NCBI RefSeq assembly: GCF_003334335.1
Contig: NZ_QOWQ01000003.1
Length of the DNA: 64,000 nt
Source: Escherichia coli
GTDB lineage: Bacteria > Pseudomonadota > Gammaproteobacteria > Enterobacterales > Enterobacteriaceae
Direction: 5' to 3' (one strand)
Below the pieces are notes generated by a model, which worked only from the letters and a program-made list of their open reading frames with translations, was not told the DNA's origin and searched no databases. Positions within the stretch are counted from its first letter, which is position 1. Every line of letters begins with the position of its first letter. Of the stretch, positions 34,712 through 45,258 are shown in pieces. A program made the translations under genes and the position numbers.

Positions 34712-35979
34712 CTTGCACCTCCTGGCAGCCGTTGACCGATTCGGGCCAGCACCTGCTGTTTAAGCCCCTCATCACGCAGTGCTTCCGTCAGTTCGGCAGC
34801 GAAGGCGTAAATGATCATCTGCTGGGCATCCTGCTGATTGATCCCGCGCGAGCGCAGATAGAATATCTGTTCATCATCAATACGCCCCACCGTCGCGCCG
34901 TGGCTGCATTTCACATCATCTGCATAGATTTCCAGCTGCGGTTTCGTATCCACTTCCGCCAGTTTGCCCATCAGCAGATTGTTGTTGGTCATCTGACCAT
35001 CCGTTTTGATGGCGTGCTGCGCGACGTTGATCAAACCGTTAAATACCGCGCGGCCTTTGTCGCTGACGATAGTTTTGTGCAACTGTCGGCTGTTACAAAA
35101 ACCTTTATTGTGTTCCAGCCAGGTACGGGTATCACACACCTCGTTTTTCACCGGCATCGCCAGGCTATTGATCCGCAGCGTGCTGTTTTCGCCATTGAGT
35201 TGCGTACTGGTGTTGTGTCGTAACACTGCGCCACCCAGCAGGAAACTGTGGCTAAATGCGGTGGCATCCTCAGCCAGCAACAAATCGTTATGAGCAAAGT
35301 GGTGACTGAGCGGGTTTTCAAACGCCAGCTTGATATGCTGCAAGTGGGCATTCGCTGCGACGTTGATAGTGAACCGTGCCCCGGTAAAATGACGAGCATC
35401 ATTCAGGCTGACAAAATGTTCGATCACCGTTGCTTCGGCACCTTCCGCCAGATCCAGATGATGTCGGTAATGGGCAGTGTTCACCTCTTCACCTGCCACG
35501 TCCTGGGTGATATGCATTAACAGCAATGGCTTTGCCGGCCGTTGACCGCGCTTCACGGCGATATGCGTCACGCTTTGTGCCAGGCTTTCCGTCAAATGCA
35601 GAAACACTTCCGCCTGAATAGCGTCGGGTAAACCCTGACGGTCGTCGTTAATGCTCACTTCATATCCGCTGCCTTCAGTTGCATCGCTCAGTGCGGGCAC
35701 GTAACGCCCATCGACAAACACCAGCCGCACGGAGTCTAACGTTAACGCTAAGGCATCACGCTGCTGTGGGGATATCTCTCCCGCAATGCTGACAAACTGG
35801 CTATTGATCAGCCCTTCCAGCGGCGTATATTTCCAGTTTTCATGTTTACGTGTCGGCAGTCCGGTACGCAGCAATTGTTGTAAATGCTGCTGTGCTTGCG
35901 GGGAGCGTTTTGTCCCTTCAGCTTCAAACAAGTGATGCCACTGTTGCAGCGCGTTACTGCTGTTCGGTAAGCCAGCCAT
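34708..35979 (-). CDS. sufD: Fe-S cluster assembly protein SufD
   Basis: ORF track 423 aa; overlaps sufC by 26 bp. Confidence 0.93.
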   Translation of the reverse strand: MAGLPNSSNALQQWHHLFEAEGTKRSPQAQQHLQQLLRTGLPTRKHENWKYTPLEGLINSQFVSIAGEISPQQRDALALTLDSVRLVFVDGRYVPALSDATEGSGYEVSINDDRQGLPDAIQAEVFLHLTESLAQSVTHIAVKRGQRPAKPLLLMHITQDVAGEEVNTAHYRHHLDLAEGAEATVIEHFVSLNDARHFTGARFTINVAANAHLQHIKLAFENPLSHHFAHNDLLLAEDATAFSHSFLLGGAVLRHNTSTQLNGENSTLRINSLAMPVKNEVCDTRTWLEHNKGFCNSRQLHKTIVSDKGRAVFNGLINVAQHAIKTDGQMTNNNLLMGKLAEVDTKPQLEIYADDVKCSHGATVGRIDDEQIFYLRSRGINQQDAQQMIIYAFAAELTEALRDEGLKQQVLARIGQRLPGGAR

Positions 35980-36700
35980 AACCCTGCTCCTCCAGTTGTT
36001 TGACCAACGTGAAATCGCCGGATTTCACAATTCGTCCCTGATATAGCACATGAACGTAATCAGGCTTGATGTAGTCGAGAATGCGTTGGTAGTGCGTAAC
36101 AATGATGAATGAGCGCTTGCCATCACGCAGCGAGTTCACGCCATCGGCGACCACTTTTAATGCGTCAATATCCAGCCCGGAGTCCGACTCATCAAGAATG
36201 CATAACTCCGGTTCCAGCACCGCCATTTGCAAAATATCGTTGCGCTTTTTCTCGCCGCCGGAAAAACCAACGTTTACCGAACGGGTTAATAAATCTTCCG
36301 GCATCTTCAGGAGAGCGATTTTCTCTTCCATCAAATCCTGAAAATCAAAGCGGTCGAGCGTTTCCTGGCCGCGATAGCTGCGCACCGCATTAAGTGCCGT
36401 TTGCAGGAAAAACTGGTTACTGACACCTGGAATCTCCACCGGATACTGGAAGGCCATAAAGATGCCTTCGCCCGCGCGATCTTCCGGCGACAGCGCAAGC
36501 AAATCTTTGCCTTTGAACTCAACCGTGCCGCCCGTCACTTCATAATCTTCTCGCCCGGCAAGCGTTGCCGATAAGGTACTTTTGCCCGAACCGTTTGGCC
36601 CCATAATGGCGTGAACTTCGCCGGGATGAACGTCGAGGCTTAATCCGCGCAGGATAGCTTTATCTTCCACGCTGACGTGTAAATCTTTAATACTTAACAT
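35954..36700 (-). CDS. sufC: Fe-S cluster assembly ATPase SufC
   Basis: ORF track 248 aa; Walker A GPNGSGKST; ABC signature. Confidence 0.95.
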   Translation of the reverse strand: MLSIKDLHVSVEDKAILRGLSLDVHPGEVHAIMGPNGSGKSTLSATLAGREDYEVTGGTVEFKGKDLLALSPEDRAGEGIFMAFQYPVEIPGVSNQFFLQTALNAVRSYRGQETLDRFDFQDLMEEKIALLKMPEDLLTRSVNVGFSGGEKKRNDILQMAVLEPELCILDESDSGLDIDALKVVADGVNSLRDGKRSFIIVTHYQRILDYIKPDYVHVLYQGRIVKSGDFTLVKQLEEQGYGWLTEQQ

Positions 36701-36709
36701 GTTTATTCC

Positions 36710-38197
36710 TTATCCGACGCTGTGTTCAAGACTGATGGCGAGGAGTTTTTGTGCTTCAACGGCAAATTCCAACGGCAGCTCCGAGAACACGTCTTTGCAG
36801 AAACCGTTAACAATCATCGAGATGGCGTCTTCTTCGCTGATCCCGCGTTGCAGGCAGTAAAACAGTTGATCTTCACCAATACGTGATGTCGTTGCCTCGT
36901 GTTCCAGTTGCGCACTATTGTTACGACACTCAACATACGGGAAGGTATGCGCCCCACAATTAGCGCCAATCAGCATTGAGTCGCACTGAGTGAAATTGCG
37001 CGCATTGGTTGCCGTCGGCATGATTTTCACTAAGCCGCGATAACTGTTCTGACTATGTCCGGCAGAGATCCCTTTCGAGATAATGGTCGATTTGGTGTTT
37101 TTACCGATGTGGATCATCTTGGTGCCGGTATCCGCTTGCTGATGACCGCTGGTCAGCGCCACTGAGTAAAACTCACCAATGGAGTTATCGCCGCGCAAAA
37201 TGCAGCTGGGATATTTCCACGTAATCGCTGACCCGGTTTCTGATTGCGTCCATGACATTTTGCTGTTTTCGCCTTCGCACAAAGCACGCTTGGTGACGAA
37301 GTTGAGAATACCGCCGGTGTTGTTATCGCCAGGAAACCAGTTTTGTACCGTGGAATATTTCACCTCGGCGTTTTTATGGATGATGACTTCCACCACTGCC
37401 GCGTGTAACTGATAGCTGTCACGCACCGGAGCGGAACAGCCTTCAATGTAGCTGACGTAGCTGTCTTCGTCGGCCACCAGAATGGTGCGCTCAAACTGCC
37501 CGGTTTTTTCTGCGTTAATGCGAAAATAGGTGGAAAGTTCCATCGGGCAGCGCACGCCTTTAGGCACATAAATAAACGTACCGTCAGAGGCTACCGCCGC
37601 ATTAAGCGCGGCAAAGAAGTTGTCATTCCCCGGCACCACGGTGCCGAGATATTTACGCACCAGTTCCGGGTGATCGTGGATCGCCTCACCAAAGGAACAG
37701 AAAATAATTCCCTGCTCCGCCAGTTTTTCGCGATAAGTAGTGGCAACCGAAACTGAGTCGAAAATGGCATCCACCGCCACCTCTTTGCCTTCCCGCACGG
37801 GAACGCCCAACTGCTCAAACGCCGCCTCCACCTCTTTACTTAAAAAGGCGTTCGCGCCAGTTTGCTGCACCGCGCCAGGTTCAGACGCGCAAGTGTCGTC
37901 ACAATTACCGCACGATGGTGCTGAGTAGTAGCTGTAATCCTGATAATTCAGCTTGTCGTAGTGCGCTTTCAACCAGTGCGGTTCTTCCATCTCCAGCCAT
38001 GCGCGATAGGCGTTTAGACGAAACTCCAGCATCCACTCCGGCTCATTACGCTTCGCCGAAATTGCGCGCACCACCTCTTCGTTTATCCCCTTTGCCAGCT
38101 CATCGGTGGCTAACTGGGTGAAGAATCCTTCTTTATAATTCAGCGGGCCGCCGGTCCAGGTTTTGACATCGTCAGTTGCTTCAGTATTACGAGACAT
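36710..38197 (-). CDS. sufB: Fe-S cluster scaffold SufB
   Basis: Start at [10 protein letters not shown] (495 aa); ORF track extends 13 codons upstream. Confidence 0.93.
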   Translation of the reverse strand: MSRNTEATDDVKTWTGGPLNYKEGFFTQLATDELAKGINEEVVRAISAKRNEPEWMLEFRLNAYRAWLEMEEPHWLKAHYDKLNYQDYSYYSAPSCGNCDDTCASEPGAVQQTGANAFLSKEVEAAFEQLGVPVREGKEVAVDAIFDSVSVATTYREKLAEQGIIFCSFGEAIHDHPELVRKYLGTVVPGNDNFFAALNAAVASDGTFIYVPKGVRCPMELSTYFRINAEKTGQFERTILVADEDSYVSYIEGCSAPVRDSYQLHAAVVEVIIHKNAEVKYSTVQNWFPGDNNTGGILNFVTKRALCEGENSKMSWTQSETGSAITWKYPSCILRGDNSIGEFYSVALTSGHQQADTGTKMIHIGKNTKSTIISKGISAGHSQNSYRGLVKIMPTATNARNFTQCDSMLIGANCGAHTFPYVECRNNSAQLEHEATTSRIGEDQLFYCLQRGISEEDAISMIVNGFCKDVFSELPLEFAVEAQKLLAISLEHSVG

Positions 38198-38205
38198 AGT
38201 ACCGC

Positions 38206-38574
38206 CTATACCCCAAAGCTTTCGCCACAGCCACATTCATTCTGGGCTTTAGGGTTGTGAAATTTGAATATCTGATTAAGTCCTTCACGAACGAAATCGA
38301 CTTCCGTGCCATCAATAAACGGCATCGCTTGCAGCGGGACAAACAGCTTCGCGCCGTCGTGTTCAAACAGCAGATCGTCTTTGTCCGGCTCGCTAACACT
38401 GTCGAGCACATAGCCAAAGCCCGCGCAGCCCGTTTGCTTCACGCCTAAGCGCACGCCGACCATACCCGGCTGCTTTGCCACCAGCTCACGGATGTGTATC
38501 GCCGCTGCGGGTGTCAGCGTTAAGCCTTGCCAGGCGAAATCTTGTGGGTTAAAGGTTCCTGAATGCATGTCCAT
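38206..38574 (-). CDS. sufA: A-type Fe-S carrier SufA
   Basis: ORF track 122 aa; C-terminal CGCGESF motif. Confidence 0.93.
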   Translation of the reverse strand: MDMHSGTFNPQDFAWQGLTLTPAAAIHIRELVAKQPGMVGVRLGVKQTGCAGFGYVLDSVSEPDKDDLLFEHDGAKLFVPLQAMPFIDGTEVDFVREGLNQIFKFHNPKAQNECGCGESFGV

Positions 38575-38620
38575 CGATTTACCTCACTTCATCGCTTTCA
38601 GCGTATAACAGCATGTTAGT

Positions 38621-38633
38621 GATAATGATTATC
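38621..38633. promoter_or_regulatory. Fur-box-like GATAATGATTATC overlapping the sufA promoter
   Basis: GATAAT-G-ATTATC palindrome 47-59 bp upstream of sufA ATG; the suf operon is Fur-repressed. Confidence 0.45.
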
Positions 38634-38851
38634 AGTTCAACCCAGCAAACGCAGGGGCTTTACCGTAAAACATGCTTTTTGCCTGCTTTTAATAAGCATA
38701 GACCCTGATGTGTGGGTTAACAGGCACGCTAAGAATTAGGTATCTCATTGTTAGATAATGGTTATTATCTAAGGAGCATTAAGGCTGTGATGAAAAAGAA
38801 AAAGTTGTATTGAAAATGACTATTTAAGAGATAGGTAAAAAAGTGCAGCGT

Positions 38852-38925
38852 TCAGAAATAAGAAAACCCTTAAGTCTGTGCGACACAGGCTTAAGGGTTT
38901 CTACCCCATCCGGCGCTTATCTCCG
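38852..38925 (-). ncRNA. rydB: Probable small RNA RydB region (sufA-ydiH intergenic); coordinates approximate
   Basis: 17-bp near-perfect stem AAACCCTTAAGTCTGTG/CACAGGCTTAAGGGTTT at 38864-38900, with a U-tract on the minus strand; rydB maps to this interval in K-12. Ends not determined. Confidence 0.3.
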
Positions 38926-39121
38926 GCACTCTCAGTGGCTTAGCTCTTGAAGGGGCGATAAGAATAATCTCATAAAGCTAACCCGCCGTTTTAACACAAA
39001 CTGCGATTAGTATTATTTTTGAACAATATCAGGCGGTAGATAAGCAGTATTAAGAAGGTCATCGAACCTGGACGGAGGTTAATCCAGGTCGATTTGGCGA
39101 ACTTGCGGCATTAAGTCAGGA

Positions 39122-39310
39122 TCAATGCACGCCCAGACGCCAGGCAAAGTAGATTTCTTCTTTTAATTCAGCAGAAGAGAGAGTAAGCAGGTCAGCAAAT
39201 TCAAGTTCTAGTTGTTTCAGACGTTTGAGATATTGGGCAGGTGAAAGATTGCTCTGGTCACGGCGTAAAAATTCAATGGCCAGCTGGGTGGGATCAAGTT
39301 GAGTAGACAT
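39122..39310 (-). CDS. ydiH: Small protein YdiH (62 aa), unknown function
   Basis: Start chosen at MSTQLDPTQ; ORF track gives an 89-aa extended version. Confidence 0.7.
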   Translation of the reverse strand: MSTQLDPTQLAIEFLRRDQSNLSPAQYLKRLKQLELEFADLLTLSSAELKEEIYFAWRLGVH

Positions 39311-39409
39311 AGCATCCTCGCTTTTAGACAAGACCTGCACAGTATACCACCGTTTACTGTGCAGATAATGACCAAAAGCAATATGCGTCACACTTTTCTG
39401 GTGACAACG

Positions 39410-39820
39410 TCACAAAATGGCGGTCGTCAATCGTGACGAACAGCACAAACGCCCTTTCTCATCGAAGATTTCAATCTGCCAGACCTGGTGACGCGAACCG
39501 AGATGCAACGGTTTGCATACGCCGCGCACCCGCCCTTCTCGTGCCGAGCGGACGTGGTTAGCATTGATTTCCAGACCAACCACTTTTTGCTCACCTTCGG
39601 TACATAAATAACCGGCAACGGAACCGATACTTTCGGCCAGTACCACGGATGCTCCTCCATGCAGCAACCCGAAAGGCTGCTTTGTCCGCGAGTCTACTGG
39701 CATTGTCGCTTCAAGGGTGTCATCACCAATATGTTCAAAGCGAATATCCAGGAACCCCACCATGTTTCCTTCACCCATAGCATTCAGTGCTTCCAGGGTG
39801 ATTTTCCGTTTCCATATCAT
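39410..39820 (-). CDS. menI: Hotdog-fold thioesterase (1,4-dihydroxy-2-naphthoyl-CoA hydrolase) MenI/YdiI
   Basis: ORF track 136 aa; 4-bp overlap with ydiJ. Confidence 0.88.
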   Translation of the reverse strand: MIWKRKITLEALNAMGEGNMVGFLDIRFEHIGDDTLEATMPVDSRTKQPFGLLHGGASVVLAESIGSVAGYLCTEGEQKVVGLEINANHVRSAREGRVRGVCKPLHLGSRHQVWQIEIFDEKGRLCCSSRLTTAIL

Positions 39821-42800
39821 TTAATAATCTCCAGTAAAGCCTGCACAGGATGGCGTACCCCCGTGCCTTCAACCCGTTTTACCTGGCTACGGCAGGAATA
39901 TCCGGTCGCCAGACAGCGGTTACGCGGCAGTCGCTGCATAGCCTGATGCCAGGATAACTCATAGATCCCGAGCGAATTTTCATGGTTTTTCGCTTCATGT
40001 CCGTAAGTCCCTGCCATGCCGCAGCAACCCACGCTGACATTTTCCAGTTTCGCGCCAAAACGGGCAAATATCGCGGCCCATTGTGCTGGCGCACCCGGCA
40101 AGGCGGTAACTTCGGTACAGTGACCAAAGAAATACCATGATTCACCGCTGACTGTAGCCACTGGCTGTGACTCAAGTGCGCTTGCCAGCCATTCATTCGC
40201 CAGTAAGACGTTAAACTCGCCACGCTCCTCGCCCAGCGCCAGTTTATATTCATCGCGATAACAAAGTACCAGCGCCGGATCGACGCCCACCATTGGCATA
40301 CCCAGCTTCGCCATACGGTTGAGGAAATCCGCCGTCTTTTTCGCCGTCTTCGCAAAACGATTAAGAAAACCTTTAATATGCTGGGCTTTGCCATTTGGCG
40401 AAAATGGCAGTAACACAGGCTGGAAACCTAATTTTTCGACCAGACGGACAAAATCCGCCACCACTTGCGCATCGTAATAGCTGGTAAAGGGGTCCTGCAC
40501 CACCAACACTGTGCGCGCTTTCTGCTCTGCATTGAGAGATTCAAGCTGTTCCAGCGTCATGTTTGCCGAGCGATGCCCCACCATTTGTTGTTGTAGCGAG
40601 GGGACCGACAGCAGCGGCAAATCAACCATGCCGATATGTTTTTCCGAGAGTTTGCGCACCAGCGGCTGGTTAATGAAGAAGTTAAAGGTTTTCGGCGCGC
40701 GTGCCATCAGCGGCGCGTAGCTCTCGACCGTAGCGACGAGGTGGTCGCGCAGCGGGCGTAAATAACGGGTGTGATAGAGCTGCAGAAAACGAGAGCGAAA
40801 CTCCGGCACATCAATTTTGATGGGGCACTGGGTCGAACACGCTTTACAGGCCAGACAGCCCGACATCGCCTCTTTGACTTCGTGTGAGAAGTCATATTCG
40901 CCTTTATTCGCATGCCAGCTATTGCGCGTGCGGGCAATTAACGTCCGCAAACTGACGCCGGATTCAGGCAGTTCTTGTTCCAGTTTGAGTGGATCAACGC
41001 CGCGATCCGCCAACAAACGCAGCCATTCACGCACCAGCGTTGCGCGCCCTTTCGGTGAATGAATCCGGTTCTGGGTGATCTTCATCGACGGACACATCGG
41101 ACTACGGGCATCAAAGTTGAAGCATAAACCGTTGCCGTTACACTCCATCGCACCGCGCCACTGCTGGCGTACCGCAATGGGGATCTGCCGATCGAATGTA
41201 CCGCGCTTCACCGCGTCCACTTTCATCATCGGCGCATCGAGACCTTCTGGCGGGCAAATCTTCCCTGGGTTGAGTCGGTTATGCGGGTCAAATGCCGCTT
41301 TCACTTTGCGCAGTTCTGCAAAAAGTTCCTCACCGAAAAACGCCGGGCTGTATTCAGCGCGAAAACCTTTGCCGTGCTCGCCCCACAACAAACCACCGTA
41401 TTTCGCAGTCAGCGCCACCACGTCATCAGAGATTTGCTTCATCAAAATCTCTTGTTGAGGATCGCACATATCCAGCGCTGGACGGACGTGCAAGACACCT
41501 GCGTCGACGTGACCGAACATACCGTAGCTTAAGCCGTGGCTGTCGAGCAGCGCGCGAAATTCAGCAATATAATCCGCCAGGTGTTCCGGCGGTACGCAGG
41601 TATCCTCAGCAAACGGAATTGGCTTAGCGGCACCTTTGGCATTGCCAAGCAGACCAACGGCTTTTTTGCGCATTGCATAGATACGTTCAACCCCCGCCAG
41701 CTCACGGCACACCTGCCAGCCGATGACACCTGCTTGATGACTGGCGATCAGCTCATCCAACCGCGCACAGAGTGCATTTACCCGCTCATCAATCAGCGCC
41801 TCATCATCACCAGCAAATTCCACAATGTTCAGCCCGAGCATCTCTTGGTCAGGCACATCGGTAATCAACTCGCTGACGGAATGCCAGACAATATCTTCCC
41901 GCGCCAGATTCAGCACTTTTGAGTCCACCGTCTCTACCGAAAGCGCCCGCGCCTCAACCATAAACGGCGCGTTACGCAGCGCAGAGTCAAAAGAGTCATA
42001 TTTGACGTTCACCAGACGGCGCACTTTAGGCAAGCGTGTAATATCCAGCCGCGCTTCGGTAATAAAGGCCAGCGTCCCTTCTGAACCCGTCAGAATGCGC
42101 GTCAGGTCGAACTCGGTCATCTCATCGTTAAAGACATGACGCAGATCGTAACCGGTAAGAAAGCGGTTAAGTTTGGGGAAGTTGTCGATAATTAACTGGC
42201 GTTGCTGACGGCAACGTTGATAAACCGTGTTATAAATTCGCCCGATTGTGGTATTGGATTTACCCAGCGTTTCCGCCAATTCGACGGGTAAAGGTTGCGT
42301 ATCGAGAATATCGCCCCCCAACAACACCGCGCGTACGCCAAGTACGTGATCTGACGTTTTGCCATAGACCAGCGATCCCTGACCGGATGCATCGGTATTG
42401 ATCATCCCACCGAGCGTTGCCCGGTTGCTGGTCGAAAGTTCCGGCGCAAAAAAGTAGCCGAACGGTTTCAGGTACTGATTGAGTTGATCTTTTATCACCC
42501 CGGCCTCAACGCGCACCCAGCCCTCTTCAGGGTTAATTTCGATGATGCGGTTCATATGGCGGGACATATCAACAATAATCCCCTGGTTGAGCGCCTGACC
42601 GTTAGTGCCGGTGCCGCCGCCGCGGGGGGTAAAGATCAGCGATGAATAGCGTTCCTGCGCGGCAAGACGGGCGATCAGCGCCACATCTGCGGTTGAACGC
42701 GGAAATACCACCGCATCGGGGAGAAGTTGGTAAATACTGTTGTCGGTCGACATTGTCAGACGATCGGCATAACTTGTCGCCGTATCGCCGGTAAAACCTT

Positions 42801-42873
42801 GTTGCTCCAGCTCTTGCAAAAAATTAAGCACCAGTTGAACGACGCCGGGTGCCTGGGAAATCTGTGGAATCAT
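39817..42873 (-). CDS. ydiJ: FAD-linked oxidoreductase with C-terminal Fe-S/CCG domains, YdiJ
   Basis: ORF track 1018 aa; N-terminal FAD-binding domain, central 4Fe-4S cysteine clusters. Confidence 0.88.
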   Translation of the reverse strand: MIPQISQAPGVVQLVLNFLQELEQQGFTGDTATSYADRLTMSTDNSIYQLLPDAVVFPRSTADVALIARLAAQERYSSLIFTPRGGGTGTNGQALNQGIIVDMSRHMNRIIEINPEEGWVRVEAGVIKDQLNQYLKPFGYFFAPELSTSNRATLGGMINTDASGQGSLVYGKTSDHVLGVRAVLLGGDILDTQPLPVELAETLGKSNTTIGRIYNTVYQRCRQQRQLIIDNFPKLNRFLTGYDLRHVFNDEMTEFDLTRILTGSEGTLAFITEARLDITRLPKVRRLVNVKYDSFDSALRNAPFMVEARALSVETVDSKVLNLAREDIVWHSVSELITDVPDQEMLGLNIVEFAGDDEALIDERVNALCARLDELIASHQAGVIGWQVCRELAGVERIYAMRKKAVGLLGNAKGAAKPIPFAEDTCVPPEHLADYIAEFRALLDSHGLSYGMFGHVDAGVLHVRPALDMCDPQQEILMKQISDDVVALTAKYGGLLWGEHGKGFRAEYSPAFFGEELFAELRKVKAAFDPHNRLNPGKICPPEGLDAPMMKVDAVKRGTFDRQIPIAVRQQWRGAMECNGNGLCFNFDARSPMCPSMKITQNRIHSPKGRATLVREWLRLLADRGVDPLKLEQELPESGVSLRTLIARTRNSWHANKGEYDFSHEVKEAMSGCLACKACSTQCPIKIDVPEFRSRFLQLYHTRYLRPLRDHLVATVESYAPLMARAPKTFNFFINQPLVRKLSEKHIGMVDLPLLSVPSLQQQMVGHRSANMTLEQLESLNAEQKARTVLVVQDPFTSYYDAQVVADFVRLVEKLGFQPVLLPFSPNGKAQHIKGFLNRFAKTAKKTADFLNRMAKLGMPMVGVDPALVLCYRDEYKLALGEERGEFNVLLANEWLASALESQPVATVSGESWYFFGHCTEVTALPGAPAQWAAIFARFGAKLENVSVGCCGMAGTYGHEAKNHENSLGIYELSWHQAMQRLPRNRCLATGYSCRSQVKRVEGTGVRHPVQALLEIIK

Positions 42874-43261
42874 TATATTGACCCTTTCCTGCGGTCTGTG
42901 ATGTAGGTCGATACACTATTCTTTCAGGCTGCTGCAATAGCGCACTGAAAGGTGATGTTTGTTTACTCTATGGATTTCGTGTTGCAGGAAGGCGGCAAGC
43001 GAGTGAACTCCAGGAGCTTACAATAGTAAGTGACTGGGGTGAACGAACGTAGCCGCAGCACATGCAACTTGAAATACGACGAGTAAATCGTTTGCGTGTT
43101 GCCTGAGTTGTTGTACCACATTTTTTTCTAACACGCCCATCAGAATTAAGGGCAGAATCGGCCTGTTAAAAACCGCTGAAATTGCTCATCATTATGCAGG
43201 TGAGTTTCGCGTGTTCACGTCGCGTCGACGATTTGACGCACAAAAAAGGTGAAAAGTAGTT

Positions 43262-44374
43262 ATGGTAAATGTTCGTCAGCCCAGGGATGTCGCACAAATT
43301 CTGCTTTCGGTGCTGTTTTTAGCCATCATGATTGTGGCATGTCTGTGGATTGTTCAACCCTTTATTCTCGGCTTTGCATGGGCCGGTACGGTGGTTATCG
43401 CCACCTGGCCGGTATTGTTACGTTTGCAAAAGATCATGTTTGGCCGCCGCTCTCTCGCCGTTCTGGTGATGACGCTGTTATTAGTGATGGTGTTTATCAT
43501 CCCTATTGCTTTGCTGGTTAACAGTATCGTCGACGGCAGCGGCCCGCTAATTAAAGCCATTTCCAGCGGTGACATGACGTTACCCGATCTGGCGTGGCTT
43601 AATACCATTCCGGTGATTGGCGCGAAGCTGTATGCAGGCTGGCACAACTTGCTGGATATGGGGGGGACGGCGATCATGGCGAAAGTCCGCCCTTATATTG
43701 GCACCACCACCACCTGGTTCGTTGGGCAGGCGGCGCATATCGGGCGCTTTATGGTGCATTGTGCGCTGATGCTTCTCTTCAGTGCCCTGCTGTACTGGCG
43801 CGGTGAACAGGTGGCACAAGGCATTCGCCATTTTGCAACCCGTCTGGCAGGCGTTCGCGGAGATGCCGCCGTGCTGCTGGCGGCACAGGCTATCCGCGCG
43901 GTGGCGCTGGGTGTGGTGGTGACGGCGTTAGTACAGGCAGTGCTTGGCGGTATCGGCCTCGCCGTATCCGGCGTACCTTATGCAACGTTGCTAACGGTGT
44001 TAATGATCCTCTCCTGCCTTGTCCAGCTTGGCCCGTTGCCGGTACTGATTCCGGCGATTATCTGGCTCTACTGGACTGGCGATACCACCTGGGGAACGGT
44101 ATTGTTAGTGTGGAGCGGTGTGGTTGGCACGCTGGATAACGTCATCCGCCCAATGTTAATTCGCATGGGTGCCGATTTACCGCTGATCCTGATTCTCTCT
44201 GGCGTTATTGGTGGTTTGATTGCTTTCGGGATGATCGGTCTGTTTATTGGTCCGGTTCTGTTAGCCGTTTCCTGGCGTCTGTTTGCCGCGTGGGTGGAAG
44301 AAGTCCCGCCGCCGACGGACCAACCGGAAGAAATTCTCGAAGAACTTGGCGAAATCGAGAAACCGAATAAGTAA
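43262..44374 (+). CDS. ydiK: AI-2E/UPF0118 family membrane transporter YdiK
   Basis: ORF track 370 aa; polytopic membrane profile. Confidence 0.87.
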   Translation: MVNVRQPRDVAQILLSVLFLAIMIVACLWIVQPFILGFAWAGTVVIATWPVLLRLQKIMFGRRSLAVLVMTLLLVMVFIIPIALLVNSIVDGSGPLIKAISSGDMTLPDLAWLNTIPVIGAKLYAGWHNLLDMGGTAIMAKVRPYIGTTTTWFVGQAAHIGRFMVHCALMLLFSALLYWRGEQVAQGIRHFATRLAGVRGDAAVLLAAQAIRAVALGVVVTALVQAVLGGIGLAVSGVPYATLLTVLMILSCLVQLGPLPVLIPAIIWLYWTGDTTWGTVLLVWSGVVGTLDNVIRPMLIRMGADLPLILILSGVIGGLIAFGMIGLFIGPVLLAVSWRLFAAWVEEVPPPTDQPEEILEELGEIEKPNK

Positions 44375-44381
44375 TTTCTCA

Positions 44382-44406
44382 TCAGGCGGCTCTGCCGCCT
44401 GATTGT
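44382..44406 (+). terminator. Hairpin after ydiK
   Basis: TCAGGCGGC-TCTG-CCGCCTGA just past ydiK stop. Confidence 0.5.
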
Positions 44407-44559
44407 TAACCACCGCTAATTGATATTTGCTTGCTCTTCCCCATATTTTCCTGCTTACCGCCATTCAGCTGGTAGTACCTGTCGCAAATTCTTTACAGTT
44501 TTTAAACTAATGAGACGAATCTGATCGACGCAAAAAGTCCGTATGCCTACTATTAGCTC

Positions 44560-44665
44560 ACGGTTATAAATCAACATATTGATTTATAAGCATGGAAATC
44601 CCCTGAGTGAAACAACGAATTGCTGTGTGTAGTCTTTGCCCATCTCCCACGATGGGCTTTTTTTT
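44560..44665 (+). ncRNA. rprA: Small regulatory RNA RprA (activator of rpoS translation)
   Basis: Sequence ACGGTTATAAATCAACATATTGATTTATAAGCATGG...GCCCATCTCCCACGATGGGCTTTTTTT recognised as RprA, with intrinsic terminator. Confidence 0.85.
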
Positions 44666-44802
44666 AACATTTTTCCGCTTCGCTACCTCGCCCCTCACTC
44701 TTTCCAATAATGTTGCACAAGATACTGTGACTCTCTTCAAGCCGTCAGCAGGCTGATAATGTTATTTATATTTTATTGTTTATTTCATGCAGCCATTACA
44801 CG

Positions 44803-45159
44803 ATGAACGCTTATGAACTCCAGGCACTCCGCCATATTTTTGCCATGACTATTGATGAATGCGCGACCTGGATTGCCCAGACCGGTGACAGTGAAAGCTG
44901 GCGTCAGTGGGAAAATGGCAAGTGTGCCATTCCTGATCGTGTAGTCGAGCAACTGTTGGCTATGCGTCAGCAAAGAAAAAAACATCTTCATGCCATCATA
45001 GAGAAAATAAATAACCGCATCGGCAACAACACCATGCGTTTTTTCCCCGACTTAACCGCATTTCAACGAGTCTACCCTGATGGCAATTTTATTGACTGGA
45101 AGATCTATCAATCGGTAGCTGCTGAATTATATGCACACGATCTGGAGCGGCTTTGTTAA
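44803..45159 (+). CDS. ydiL: YdiL, unknown function
   Basis: Start at MNAYELQ (118 aa); ORF track starts 9 codons earlier. Confidence 0.8.
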   Translation: MNAYELQALRHIFAMTIDECATWIAQTGDSESWRQWENGKCAIPDRVVEQLLAMRQQRKKHLHAIIEKINNRIGNNTMRFFPDLTAFQRVYPDGNFIDWKIYQSVAAELYAHDLERLC

Positions 45160-45258
45160 TTTTTCCACAGAAAGGAATTGTCGTTGTTACAACAATAATG
45201 AACGGATGCTGACACAACATCGCTTCACTTTTTAAAGCACCTTTGCTAAGTAGAACCT

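Noticed and set aside
33779-35223. Two plus-strand ORFs (250 and 246 aa) inside sufS/sufD
   Set aside because: Antisense to conserved suf genes; no ribosome-binding sites; Arg/His-rich artefact composition.
38787-38813. Mini-ORF VMKKKKLY with upstream AAGGAG in the suf regulatory region
   Set aside because: Only 8 codons and lysine-run low complexity, with long SD spacing; most likely a chance A-rich promoter sequence.
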